A DNA stretch of 64,000 bases, from assembly GCA_964057225.1 (NCBI GenBank), contig OZ059896.1, positions 8,494,001-8,558,000 on the forward strand, in the 5' to 3' direction. The number at the start of each line of letters is the position of its first letter. Positions within the stretch are counted from its first letter, which is position 1. The stretch is from Auanema rhodensis. Lineage: Eukaryota > Animalia > Nematoda. The notes under the pieces were generated by a model that saw only the letters and a list, made by a program, of their open reading frames with translations, was not told the DNA's origin and did not search any database. The translations under genes and the position numbers were made by a program. This document shows positions 26,411 to 40,350 of the stretch, piece after piece.

Positions 26411-28263
26411 ATGGAACACAATCAAACCGTCACGGATTTGGTACCATTACCGATGACAATTGCCACCATGACAATGTCAATCTTTGGATTTCTTGGCAAT
26501 ATTATAATCGTTATATCAGCTATAATATCAAAAAGTTTACAAAGTCGCTGTCAAATATGTATAGCTGTACTAGCTGCATCTGATGCTATAGTTTGTGGAT
26601 ATTTGGTATGTTTTTATCAATTGTATCTTTTTATATTCTTTATTTTCTATAGGTTCAATTACGAATATTGATGTTAAATGGTTTCTATAAAATACCTAAT
26701 TCATTATGTTTTCTATACAGTATACATGGATTATTTTTTCTTAATATTCAAGCGGGTATGGGAGTAATACTTGGAATTGATCGTGTGTTAGCCGTTTCAT
26801 TTCCTTTAAGGTGATTTTATTACACGAAAGGATAAAAACCTTTTTTTTTCTGTTTCAGATATGGTAAAATATCTCCTTTTATTTATATTGGAATGGTTAT
26901 ATTAGTTATTATTTATTCAATATTTATGACATTTCTTGGTTATATGGATATGAGTGGTTTGTCTTTATTGATGATAAAAATTCAAATAAGTATGAATATC
27001 ATTTAACTATATGTATTTATAGAAGAAATTATACCAATATGTTTACCTCCAACAGCTTATAATAACCAATCACGATTCATTTGGATTGGAGCCAGCTTCT
27101 TTTTAGCTGTTGTAGTTATAATAGTTTATGGAATTGCTCACATAATGTGTCATCGAATGAAAGGTAAAAATATTACTAAATTTAGCTTAATTATATAACT
27201 ATAAAATCTGATAATTAATAATGATTATATGAGAATTGGGAGAGAAAGGGATGAGAATTCTTAGATGTTTATGCAACTCTTATTCTCTTTAAGCAGCAAA
27301 AATCGTTTCTTTTTTTAACCTTAAACTATGAAAATGTAATTATTATATATTTAATAATCTTTTAATTTTATTCTTTTTTTTTTATAAAACTCAATTACTC
27401 TTTTTGTTACGTGATTAATGTGAGATAGATAGTATATATAACATATGTATATTGTAGAAAAAAACATAATTTATTACAATGTACTAATGTTTACTATATT
27501 GTATTATTAATCATATTTGAAGTACCATATCCTTCTACTGTTCACAGTTTATATTATCAAATCATTTTAATAAGGAAATATATGTAATTATTTATAGGTA
27601 AATATACTCAAGAACCAAGTATTATTCGAGTTCGACGATTATTAAACTCATTGTCATTGGTTGTTGGTGTATACTTTTTCACATGGTTTCTAACCGTATT
27701 GGCTTTATTAGCAACTCAGGTAATTAATTGAAATTTATATATATATAAATATATATTATAATTTGAATTAATTAATCTTTAATATATGTTTATTTTCTTT
27801 AAAATATGATATGATTAAGTTTATTTTTATAATTTTTCAATTTATGCTGCTGAAATATTCAAATGATCTCATTTAATTAAAAATTATTCAAAAAAAATTG
27901 TCTAAACTAATCGTTGAAAATTGAATTGTCTGCTACATGCAACATGATTTGAATCCGAAAAAAATTATTTTTCATTCCATATTTTAATTACAGTTGCTAC
28001 CTCTTTCTGCAACTCTTATTCAAATGATTAATCAACAACTTGCTTGGCTTGTTATAATTAATGCATCAACTAATTTTCTTATTTATTTTTGGCGATCACC
28101 TGAGTATAGGTACATACTTTTGGCTTATTCAAAGTAATACATTTAATATTATAGGAAAGCTTTTGTATATCTTCTATCCGTTGGATATGCTCCTCATCCA
28201 AATCAATTAGATACACGAGTTCGAACTATGCCAAGTAATCAGAGCACAAATAGTCGGATATAG
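26411..28263 (+). CDS. Serpentine chemoreceptor GPCR, Srsx family
   Basis: Seven TM segments with GFLGN, LAASD, GIDRVLAVSFPLRY, IPICLPPTAY and NASTNFLIYFWRSPEYRKAF. Confidence 0.85.
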
Positions 28264-29580
28264 TATTCAATATCATGATAGAATATTGGTTTTTAGGATT
28301 CTTCAATAATATCTATAGCCGCTTAGTTTCAAGTTTTTTTGAGGCTTAGTTAGTTCAAATAATATTTTGGTAATTCAGAGTATTTTTTGAGATATTTGAC
28401 ATAATATAATCAAGTGTATTTGTTTCCTAATCATATTACCAATTTTAGCTTTCATTTATTTGTAAGCAAATGTTTCTTTTTTTTTTCATTAAGTCGTCAA
28501 AAAAATCTGATTATACTTTTACAAGTAATTTATGAAACATGATAAACTCGATTTTTATTTCCTTGTTTATTATTTATATCAAAATCTTATTTCATATACC
28601 CGGATTACCGAAAATATTATTATGAATTAGTTGAGCATAGGCTAATAAAAACTTAGAACATGCTCATCGTCAGGTTGGACTCTGCTGTGAAGGAAGCGTT
28701 GGCATTTCCAAGTTTTGTACTATTTGTATATAATATTCTGTTAAATTTTCAATCTACTCAATTTTTTTGTTAATTTTAAATTATATAATATATTACGTGT
28801 ATTTTAATATCATTAATATTGTGATAATTAATAAGTAACTAATAAAATTATTTCATACTAAAATCATGATATACGTGTATTTATTTTAATCAAATAAATA
28901 ATTGAAAATGATATTATATCTTTAATTTATAAATAAAAATTTAGTTTATCATATTATTATAAAAATAAGACTGAAAAGAGATTTAAGATGTAATCAACGT
29001 TGATGTTTGAATTTAAAGGATCTTGATCATTGTTTCTACTCTATTTCATTTATCATATAAAACCAAAAAAACACGAATATTTAAGATACTTATATTTAGT
29101 ATTTTGTTGATAATTCTTTTGAATGAATTATATATCATTTAATATATAATGGAATATTTATTATTTTGTATACAACTACAGTAATTACAGTATATGTGTA
29201 TATGTATGTAGTTATATGAAAACATAAATAATATACATATGGATGACTTTACTTCCAAACATAACATTTGAAATATTATATCTGAAAAATATATATTTTA
29301 CATGGATTTAATGTAAATTCATGCACCTTTTTCAAATAATTCTGGTACATGGTCTAATATAATTGAATAGTTAACTGTATATGTAGCTAATCTATCATGT
29401 AGCTATTAGGATATATAGAATGTTAAATGACAGTAATCTCAAATTGAATTGAAAACTTTCTCAAAATTATAAAATGCTGTTGTGAACTGATCAATAATCA
29501 TTGTATTTAAAATATATAATAGTTTATTTGTTTAAAACAATTGTGTTTGAAATAACAATATAAATTTATAATATTTTAAA

Positions 29581-30607
29581 TTAAGCACGAGCTGCTAATA
29601 ACTTTTGAGTTTCATCGAAAAGATCTCCGTCACTTTCAAAATCTGAGCGAGCTGACGAAAATTCACAACGAATTGTGAAGCGAATATCAGTTGTTCGGCA
29701 CCTGCAAATGTTTTTAAATTAATATTCTGAAAGTATGATCTGATTTAAACATACTTTCCTTCTCTCCACATGTAGAAATGATCCTCCCGTCGTTCTAATC
29801 GGTATGTGATATGAGAGAAGCAAGATTTATGATTTTGTGGATAACGAGTAATTCTGCGAATTGTAATATTAAAAATACAATTGAATAACTCTTTTTAATT
29901 ATATGTTATATTTAAGAATCAGTATTTTCTTGTTAAAAGATTATAATTCAATGAAAGATTTACCTATAAGCAGTGGCTGCTTTAGGACAGAGGATATTGC
30001 AATAGCTACGACTTTTTCCATTGACTTCTTCCTATTAAAAACAAAACAAAATAATATATTACAATTGCATATTATGTGAAAAAAATTGTAAAGTTGCAAA
30101 AAAAAACATTATCTTCAGATGTTTTGATAAAAAAAAAGAAAAACAAACTTCAACGCATGTATCGAATGGTACTGTTCGTGGATTATTATCATTTTCATGT
30201 TCTTTAAGCTGGATCACACAGGGAGATGGTTCATTATCTGACTGATTTTCGGTTGCTTTACATATGAGTTCACGCCATTCTTGAAAAAAAAAGAAAATTA
30301 ATTCTGAGTAAATTTGAGAGCAATAAACAAGATTTATTGGCGGAACTAGTGAATGAGTATGGGGGGCCCATTCCCAAAACAGGAGTAATCAGATTTATGT
30401 TTTCTTAGTATTAATATATCAAGAAGTGTTCAAGATATTTTAGTTTATTATTCAATTTAACTTCCAAATATTCCAAATATAGTTCAAAGAAAAATTATTA
30501 GATGTTATCAAATATGGAAAGTAAAACCTACGCCAATGAACACTTTCAGCTGTAATGTTAACAGCTAATGCAAATAAGATAGCTGCAAAATAGGAATATT
30601 TTGCCAT
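29581..30607 (-). CDS. Small secreted Cys-rich nematode protein of unknown function (5 exons)
   Basis: Signal peptide MAKYSYFAAILFALAVNITA, then WRELIC...PCVIQL...TCVEEEVNGKSRSYCNILCP...SCFSHITYRLERREDHFYMWREGKCRTTDIRFTIRCEF. Canonical splice sites keep one frame. Confidence 0.75.
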
Positions 30608-30966
30608 AAGAGATTCGAAAAAATGTTTGTCTTTTGATATTCTTTAAGCTTTTTATATGATTCTGATTGAAGCAGTTTACGAACTTAGACATGTTCCAGA
30701 CTTGAACTTCTTATGATAAAAACAAGATTTCGTTATAAGCAGATGATGTGGAAAACATTTGTATATACATAAATATCTCATTATCATCATAATCAACATA
30801 TAATCAGGATATTATATCATCATATATCTCTTAAACATAAGTTGAAAGAAGAAAAGAAATAAATATTTCATGGCAGCTATTTGTGGAACATTCCATATGC
30901 ATCATCTTTTTAAGATTTTCAAAATGAATAATAATAATGATAATATATGTACATATAAATGTTTAT

Positions 30967-30970
<4 letters not shown>

Positions 30971-31004
<34 letters not shown>

Positions 31005-31026
31005 TAGATAGATAGATAGATAGATA
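30971..31026 (+). repeat. Compound microsatellite (TA)16(GATA)6
   Basis: Direct read of the sequence. Confidence 0.95.
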
Positions 31027-31160
31027 GACTGTTTGTAATTCAGATTTATTAACAATGTAACAAATATTTTAGAAGTGACAGCATATGTTGATATGTTGAA
31101 TCTTGTTCTATGAAGAAACAATATTCCTTCAGTTTTTCTTTTTTTTTCTTTAAAAAAATA

Positions 31161-33412
31161 TTAACTCGTTAATTTATCTTCAGCTTTCTTATGTGATAGT
31201 CGTGCAAATGGTGTGAAGTTCATGTCGAATTCGTTCTGCTCACTATTTTCCACATCGGGCTTAGGCTTTGCCCATTCAGCTAACTCAGCTCGGGTGGCAA
31301 GTATGTATAAAGTTGTTGTGAATATAATTAGACCCGATATAATATAAAAGATGAATGACCACTATAATAAATTATAATTGTTATAAATAGATGATCTACT
31401 ATATCTAAATCACCTCTGATCGAGTATTTTCTTGCGTTAAAAGATAAACGCCACCTGGCAAGATGATTTGAATAACACCAGCAATGAACATATTAAGATT
31501 TAGAGCAAAGTGAGCATGTTCTCCTCCAACCTATAAGTAATTTCATCAATCAATATATCTATAATCATAACTTTGTAAACATACAATTTGAATTGTTCTG
31601 CTACAGATTACAGGAACAAAGAAATGCAGAATTGCAAAAAGCATATTGAATGTAAGAGCTACGCGACGATCTTCAGCCTGTAAATCATGTTATTACAGAT
31701 GAAAACAGAAATTTTGTATTCATTCGAACTTACAAATCCTGTTAAAAACATTGAAATGGCACTTAAAGATTCTAAAATCATTAGTGGTATGCCTAAACTC
31801 CATTTCTGTGATAAACCAAAGCCATAATCTAAAATAAGTATATTAACCATTTCTCATGAATCTTATATAATTACCTATAATTTTTCCAAGAATAACTTTA
31901 ATAGCTATTGCAAATATCATAGGAATTGCTGAAAAATAGCCAGTTTCCCTTATAGTAAAGTTCAGAACCTCAAAATACAAATAAGAGAGAGTATTTAGTT
32001 AAAAAATAATACCTGACGAATGAATGTAGGAGAATATTGTTGATAAACGATCATTCCGACATAATAGCCACAGAACATGATAAGACTGGCCCAAATCTCA
32101 AAATCAAGTAGAATAGACTTGTATGGTACTGGTCCCTATAGTTTCGAATGAGGTACTTTACAATGAAACAAAAGAAATACCTTCTTTGCAGAATGCTTCT
32201 TTCCTTGAGTTATGTAATTCTTCTCTTCTTCTGAGCAATATCTAATAACAAATATATTCAAATATAACCGTAATCATCAAACATACGGACTGTCATGTGG
32301 ATTATCATGATACATATAAGCATATAATACCGTAAATGTTGCTGTTAGAACAGCTAGAATATAGTATGTTGCTTCCCAACCAAGAAAAGATGATGAACAT
32401 GTTTCACCACCCACAATCATTGTTATTAATGGACCAATCTGAATAATTATAACATTCATATGAAACGTAGTTCATAAAACCTGTGAACCACTAAGAATTA
32501 TAGAAAAGAATAATGAGTGTTCTGCTTTCGCAGCCCAACGAAGAACAAACTCATTTCCAAAATGTAACTGAGTAGCTTGACAAAATCCCTGCAAGTTTTG
32601 AAGTTGTTGCAAGTTGTTATATCAGAAAACAAGTTCAGATTGTGCGTTAACTAACTCCTAAGAAACGACAGAAGAGTGCCGGTAAGAAGCCAATTGAATC
32701 AAATAATGGAAAAACACCAGAACCGAATGCAGATAAAAATCCATAAAACAGAATTAAATACCTGAAATATATACAGTGTAGGTGTGTGATCTTAGTTGAT
32801 AAATATTCCTTCAGGACCAAAAAAGCCGCTTAGACCTACTCCCTCTCTCCCTTTTTCTATCTCTCTCTCTCTCACGTAAATTTTCTCTTTTTTTTTTTTG
32901 AAAATGATAGACAAGTAACTATAACAAGAATGTATGTCATCATTTATGAATATCATAGTTCAACGAACATCGATCCCTAAATTAATGGCGGTCTACTGAT
33001 GTAAAATGAACCTCAATGATTAGCTATGTAATAACACCTTTGAAGGATATTTACATAGTAGTATATAAATATAAAGAGAAAGATCAGTTTTTTTATATTG
33101 AAAAAGTTTCGACTAGATCTTCGAAAGTTACCTCGTATTTACACGGTATAACCAATGCAGTGGAATTGGTCCGACACACATTCCAATTGCTGTTGCTGAG
33201 AACATCCATGCTTTATTCGCTTTATTACTCAGGTAATGATCTTAAGTAAATTATATATTATTCAACTATGTTATATAATTCTTACCTGTCATATTCAAAG
33301 CATTAACTTCTTCTTCTTGACAAATAACAATAAAGCCATAAGAAATGCGATTTGAATAAACAAAAACAATGAATCCGGTACTTAAGAATAATAAAAAGTG
33401 TCTGAATGCCAT
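31161..33412 (-). CDS. MFS transporter, SLC17/anion:cation symporter-like nematode family
   Basis: About 12 TM segments; FLVCRFLQGFCQ, RWAAKAE, SSSFLGWEATYY, YHDNPHDSPY, GPVPYKSILLD, QYSPTFIRQVLNFTIRETGYFSAIP, C-terminal LAEWAK. Confidence 0.85.
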
Positions 33413-33875
33413 CTTGACAGTAACACAACTGCAAATTCTTTTTTTTTTTCTTTTTTATTACTTTTGTAACTTACGTTATTAAATTGTCAGGCTATATCAC
33501 TCACTAGTTGAAACACTGAAATGAAAAAAAAATTTTCTCCTTTATGTGACATCTGCAAAGATTCTGAATGCGCTTTAAAAATTTACATAATATCATGATG
33601 ATGATGATATGATGATGTTCGAAGTATATTACTGAGTTTATTCATTGAACTCAAATGTAGATATAAACTATCGAAGATACGTGTATGTATGTAGTTTTGC
33701 ATAGAATTCATAGTTCTACTAAAAAAATTGAATAATCTAAACGGAAATTGTTTGAATTTTAATATCAAAGTTCATTATTTTCTTATACTATGTTGTTATG
33801 TATATACAGTATATATATATATATATATTAATATATAATATTTGTTGTTAAAATTCATCTTTTTTTAGGAAAATA

Positions 33876-35535
33876 ATGCCGTACACGTGTGATGATATAT
33901 CGAATGGCATATCCATACCTTATCGTATAGTTGGAGTAATATGGGGATTTTTGGGATTTATCATAAATGTTTGTGGAATTATAGTAATAATTAAATATTC
34001 GCAAAAACTTAAAGAATATAAATGGTTTCTATTCGGACATCAAATTATGTAAGTAAAAATTCGAAAAGCCATGTGAGAAACAGAAAAAAAGAACGAAAAC
34101 TGAGGATTACATTGCTAAAAACATTAAACATCTAAAGTGATTGCTCTCTGAGGTTACTCTCTTTTTTTCTATTTTTCAATTTAAACTAAAAGATGCAAGA
34201 TCTGATTCATCTGTTACACATTCAGGTGCACTTTGGTGGATCTTCATATTACAGTTCTAGCTATTCCAGAAATGCTAAGTCCATATTTGGCATTTCACTT
34301 TAATGGTTTATATAGTTTATTAGAAATTAATGTATTTTTACAAGGAATTATTTTATTATGCTTAATCGGAGGTAATAAGAATCTTATGTAATATATATAT
34401 TTTAAAAATAAAAATAAAATAAATAATGAAATGATATATTAAGCTTTATCTGGAACAGTTTGTATATTATTTTTTATACGTGCACAATCAATATTACCTA
34501 CAACACATTTATTTAAACTAAGCAACATCAGTAAAGTTATTGTCTCTGTAGTAATACTCTCTATACATGTGATATGTGCAGGAAGTTTCAGCTTTTTTGT
34601 ATATTTTGATCAAGACCTAGCTAAACGAAAATTTAACCAGGTAATTGAGATTTTAAAAAAATGTTTTATTAAACTTTTCAAGTTTTAAAGCAGATATATG
34701 AATATAGTCTTATATTACAAATACTAATTTTAGGATAATCCTTGTGTACCTGCAGTGTTCTTCGAAACTGAGACAGTTCTTGTTGACCGTGGTACAAAAG
34801 TTTTTCTTCATTTTCGTTCTACAGCATCTATCCTATTATTATATGTTTTATTTACTTCATTATTTATTCTATCTCAACATTTAATATCTTCAATATATTT
34901 GAGATTAATGAAACCTGTATTTCAAAGTGCTTTGCATCAACGACATAAGATGCTCATAACAGCTCTAATCTTCCAGGTTTTAACATAGAAATATTCTTTT
35001 TTATTTAATTAATTTATATTTTATAGACAACAATTCCATGTATTATGTTTATAATTCCCACATTAATAATTTTCATTACATTCCCGACATTTCCATATCC
35101 TCAACCAGGTAAGAAATATTTTTATATTCTTGATTTTTAAAGATGTTGGTCTTAATTTATTGAATAATAGTCCATTTCCCTATTTTTTAATGTTTGAAAA
35201 ACAAGATAATATCAGATTTTTCTCATTCGTTTTCGGTTCAAGATCATAATCAAATTAATACTAAACACAAGAAAAGAAATGTAAATGAAGTCAGTTTTAC
35301 TAAAAAACAGTATTGAAAATCCCACCATCTATATTGAATTTTCTTTGTATTTTCAATCTTTTTTCTTTAAATATCATATAATTAATTGTTATTTCACTCT
35401 TTAGAGTTAACGTTTGTATGTACATGGATTTATGGTAACCATGGTGTTGTCGAAACAATTATAATGTTCTTAGTAACTAAGCCATATCGTGATGCTTTAT
35501 TGAAAAAAAGCAAAATTTTTAAAGCAATAGGGTAA
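33876..35535 (+). CDS. Serpentine chemoreceptor GPCR, Srh/Sri (Str superfamily)
   Basis: YKWFLFGHQI, DQDLAK, HKMLITALIFQ and HGVVETIIMFLVTKPYRDAL, the last matching the Srh C-terminal HG..T..M....KPYR motif. Confidence 0.8.
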
Positions 35536-36340
35536 TGAAAAAAGAAATTTTTAATTTTTAGTTTTTTTTTCTTTTATAATTTTATTATTTATATTTTTAT
35601 AATATATATATATATATATATTCAAAAAAATACATACATATATTCATATTTGTTTGAATATTAACATAACATTAGAAGCAATATATGACCTTTTATATAT
35701 TTTTTTTGCAAATAAATATTTCAATTTTATTTATTATGATTATATTCAACATATATAAGTGATTGACCTCTAATATCATAAACATATATATGCATACATA
35801 TAGTTAACGGGCTCTCCTCTGTTATCAATCGACAATATTGATCTGCAAGAACGCTCATATGAGCTTCTCCTTGTCCTTCTTCTCTTCCACATGCATATAT
35901 GCTCTCTTCAAGAAATTTTTGAATTTAACAATCAAATATTTATTCTTCTATATGAATTATTCTATATATTGATGGATTTCTTTTATGAATTATATTGTTT
36001 ACAAATCAAAAGAATAAATATAATTTTTTTTCATAAAAGAAAACTTCTTTTTTTTTTTGATATTTATTGCGCCTATTATTTTTGAATAAGTTTTCAATAG
36101 TTTTCATCTATTTACGATAAAATGAACAGGTTTTACTCATGCACCTATTAATCCATGAATCATATACATATATCATTTAAACGGTTTTCAATTTGAACTT
36201 TAACTATGCTATATTATAATTTGTGGTATTAAATAAAAATTATTTTAATTATTCAAATTTCTTTATTTATAAATTAATTATATTTATTAAAAACTTCACA
36301 TATTTTATTTAGTTACTTTAACAATAACATTATGTTTAAG

Positions 36341-38366
36341 ATGTCGAAAGATGACTCTCAACTTAATATAGGAAACGCTAAACCAGAAAACCCACTAGAA
36401 ACAGTTTCTCAAGTTTCTCTACAAATTCAAAGAGAAAAAATCAGCTTCGCTAAAACTGTATGTTTTCTTTATTTATCAATTTTTTTCAAATCATTTTCGT
36501 TTGATCCAAACATATATATTTGAACTCCCTATCCACGTGTCGTTCTTGTTTGAATTGAACAGAACAGAAAAATGTCATTATAGTAATTTTGTTTTATTCA
36601 ATCTGATTAAAGTTTCATCCTCCGCATATTCAAGTTTGAATAATGCTGTCTTTTCGCCCTTTTCTTATATTGCTTATTCGAATACAATCAAATTCAAACC
36701 AAAAGGTAGTGCTAATTAAAAAAATTTTACAATATAAGGTTCTTTATTTAAACTTTAAATATTAACAGATATGTATATTCATAAGCTCTTTACAATTTTT
36801 GTCGATGCTTTTACTCACAGCACAACAAACAGGAATGCCATTCCTCGTTCGGTCAGCTCATAAGGTGAAAACTATTAAACAGATTTGTGTTCTTTAACAT
36901 AAATATTCTCAGAATTCTTCATTTATTCCTAGTACTAGTGTATTTATGATGGAAATAATGAAGATTATCGTCTGTACAGCTTTAATCTTTTATAATTGTA
37001 ATTACAGCATGAAAGAGTAAGACAAAGTATTATAATATTATAATTCATTAATTCATTTATAGATCTCTGTTTAAACTTTATAAAAGTATCTGGCTAAATA
37101 AGCTTGAAACATTGAAAGTAATATTAAACTATTCTTTTGTTAATTTTGATAAAATGATAATTTAGGTATCTGTACCTGCTTTCATATATGCTGTTCAAAA
37201 TAATTTATTCTATATTGCTCTGGCGAATATTGATGCAACGACTTACAGTGTAAGTTTAGAAGTTTCAATAAAATAATTTTAAAAGGAATTGATTATACAT
37301 CAAATGTGTGCAAACTGTTCAGTTTTGTGATACAACGTCATTTTGATAAAAAAAGGAGTGGCATATCAATTAAAATACACACTTATAACACTAACCACAA
37401 AATCCAACACTATGCAACCTAATGTTTATCGGCGATTTTAGGTGACATATCAACTGCGCATTCTAACAACTGCCATTTTAGCTGTAGCTATATTAGGGAA
37501 AATGTTATCAGAAAAACAATGGATAGCATTGGTAATATCATTCATAGGAGTTATAATGGTTCAAGTAAGATTTATTCGGAATTCAAAGCATACGATGTTT
37601 TCAGTTAGATAAGGCATCTCCAGTTGATTTAAATGATGGAAATAAAGCTTTGGGAATTTTAAGTACATTCACTATGTGCTGGACGAGTGCCTTTGCCGGT
37701 GAATATATAAACATTTTATATCAATCAAATACTTTTTATTCGTTTCTCAGGTGTATATTTTGAAAAAATGCTGAAAAATCCATCATCAGACATGTGGATA
37801 CAGAATTTGCGTCTTAGCTTAATGACTCTCACATTCGCTACTCTAACGATGATAGCTAAAGATGGAAATAAAATATATGAAGGTTTTATACAGACAGTAT
37901 ATCATAATATTAAATGTCTTTGTCAGGTGGACTGTTTCACGGATGGACAATGCTAGTATGGATTATTACTATTATAAACTCGATTGGAGGATTAGCTGTT
38001 TCTCTGGTCATGAAATATGCTGATAATGTGAAGAAAACATATTGCCAAACTATAGCTATAGGTATATTTTCAACTGATATAATCACAATAATCACTATTA
38101 TAATTATTTTATTTTTTATTACAATAATACTTAAGCTTACAAAACTTTATTCAGGACTCACGGCTATTATTTCAATTTTTATTGGAGAACGTGTTTTATC
38201 ACCAATTTTATTAATAGGCGTATCATTTGTTATATCATCAGTTTACATTTATACATTCTACCCTCCAATTAAAACATACACACTTCTTAAAGAATGCAAT
38301 GATTCATCACTAACTATTGAAGAAGTAGATATAGAACGTGGAAAATTAGAATATCCGTTAAAATAA
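36341..38366 (+). CDS. Nucleotide-sugar transporter (SLC35A; UDP-Gal/UDP-GlcNAc/CMP-Sia type)
   Basis: [76 protein letters not shown]. Confidence 0.92.
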
Positions 38367-38466
38367 TCTAGGTAAACGTATAATACTTTTACAGGTGCTA
38401 ATTATTAGCATAAAAAAGTTTAATTTAATCCCATATCAATCATATATGAGAAGTCATTATTACGGA

Positions 38467-39974
38467 ATGTATTATAACAGCTTTTTTACATTATTCTTTT
38501 TAATATTTTATTTAATCGTTACGGTTGTAGTTGCAGCAAATACGGTAAATATTATTATCTCTTTTTGATTTAAAGTTCCAAAGATCTCATCTTTATTATT
38601 CGCGCTGTATTATTTGATTTTATAAAGAATTTAGAATTTTAAAAAATATTAATTGATTGTTCTATGTTCTTCACATGAATATTGTAGACTACAACTGGAA
38701 ATTTATCTGGAAAAGTAACTTCGAAACTTGAAAACAAAGCCAGCAAAAAGTATAACGAATTCCAAGAATGGCTAAAATGGGATGTTGAATGCAACTTCCT
38801 GACTACCTCTGAACGAGAAATTAGAGTATCGCAAGGACGTTGCCCTCCACTTACAACTACGTATGTCATATATGATATGACACTTCTGACTTGTGTTTGC
38901 AATTACCTTCAGAACTTCTGCGCCTATTATTCAAACAAATGATTTGTTTTCTTTTTTCAAACGGGCGAAACCCCCAAAGAAAAAGAAAATATCAGGATCA
39001 ATTTTCAATAGAGGATCAAAACGAAAATTACTAACATTGATTACAATGGGCAGAATATTTATTCTTAAGATAAAGTGTATCATCATCTCATTTTAGGACA
39101 ACAATCTATTGATAATATCCAGATAACAGAGAATCATGGTGACTATAATTTGATAGCTGGTACATTGTTGGAAGTTACGTGTGGATTGGATTCGCTTAAT
39201 GAAGTATCAGTATTTGTTTTTATTTCCTTTAAATATTCACAATATAGACAGCTGATATAGTTTGGTATGTTAATACCAATAAAATCGAATTGGGTTTATT
39301 AGATTGGAGAGTTACAGTTGATAACAAAAACAAACTGAGTTAGAAACTTATTATTTTTCTCCAGTTCAGTATGTTTAGGCATTTGGCCGTTAACAGTCGA
39401 AGATTCGGGTTTTTATGAATGTTCAAAAAATGGGATTCTGGAAGCTTCTGCTCATATCAGTGTTAGATCGAAAATGGTTTTAATGTCTGCTTTTCACTGG
39501 ATAACATAAATCACACATTTAGGACGCATTCATAGAAGGATTGATAAACTATTTCGTTGTTTCTATTATTTATCTTCCAATCGCAAGCATTTTATTACTG
39601 ATTACTAATAGAAGTTCTCTGGATCCTCCTCAATCCAGCTTGAAAGAGGATAGAATGGCCCTTTTTTTAGAAGAACATATCATGAAAAATGGCGCAGATG
39701 CTCGCGTATTAAACTACTTCTAACTAAAACAGTTCACTACCCAGTTAATATTCAGGAAAATATTGCCAGAGTAGTTTACGGACAAACATTAAAGAAAAGA
39801 AAAGTTGAAATAGAGAAGTCGATTATGCAAGGCTTGTCTGCCCAAGGAGGGTCAGTATTCAGAGGAAATCAGCACACAATAATGACAATACTACAACCAA
39901 CCATGGTATGTTTTCAAGCCTTTTGTATTAACGCTATCGATAGTGAAATATTGTAGGCTCCAAAGGAAAAGTAA
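38467..39974 (+). CDS. spe-45: Single-pass Ig-domain protein, SPE-45-like (IZUMO-like sperm protein)
   Basis: Signal peptide, one Ig domain (LEVTC...IVWYVN...DWRVTV...LGIWPLTVEDSGFYEC), TM segment (FIEGLINYFVVSIIYLPIASILLLI) and cytoplasmic DRMALFLEEHIMK. These blocks resemble C. elegans SPE-45 as recalled. 5' exon structure is uncertain. Confidence 0.65.
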
Positions 39975-40350
39975 AAGAGAGCTTGAACTATCATAAAGAT
40001 AAGTGAACAACGCAAAGTCAAGAAATAAAAATTCATAAAATTATATTATTGATTTACTTCAAAAAATTGCACGAACAGTCACGTATTTCAAATCGATGAT
40101 GGACAATATCTTAATAAAATTTCTGGTTAGTAGACTAGCTAAGGCTAATGATACAAAAATAAGGCAATAAGTGGCACACGAGGCGGAATAAATGAACAAA
40201 GTAGTTTACAACGAAACAAATAAGATAATTGAGCAGTGTACGATGCAAATGTCATCTCAATAAACATACACGACTCTTGTTAATATGAAAATGAACTTAA
40301 AAATGTCGTTAAATTCTTCCATTTATAGAAGATGTGTTATTTGGTAGTGG

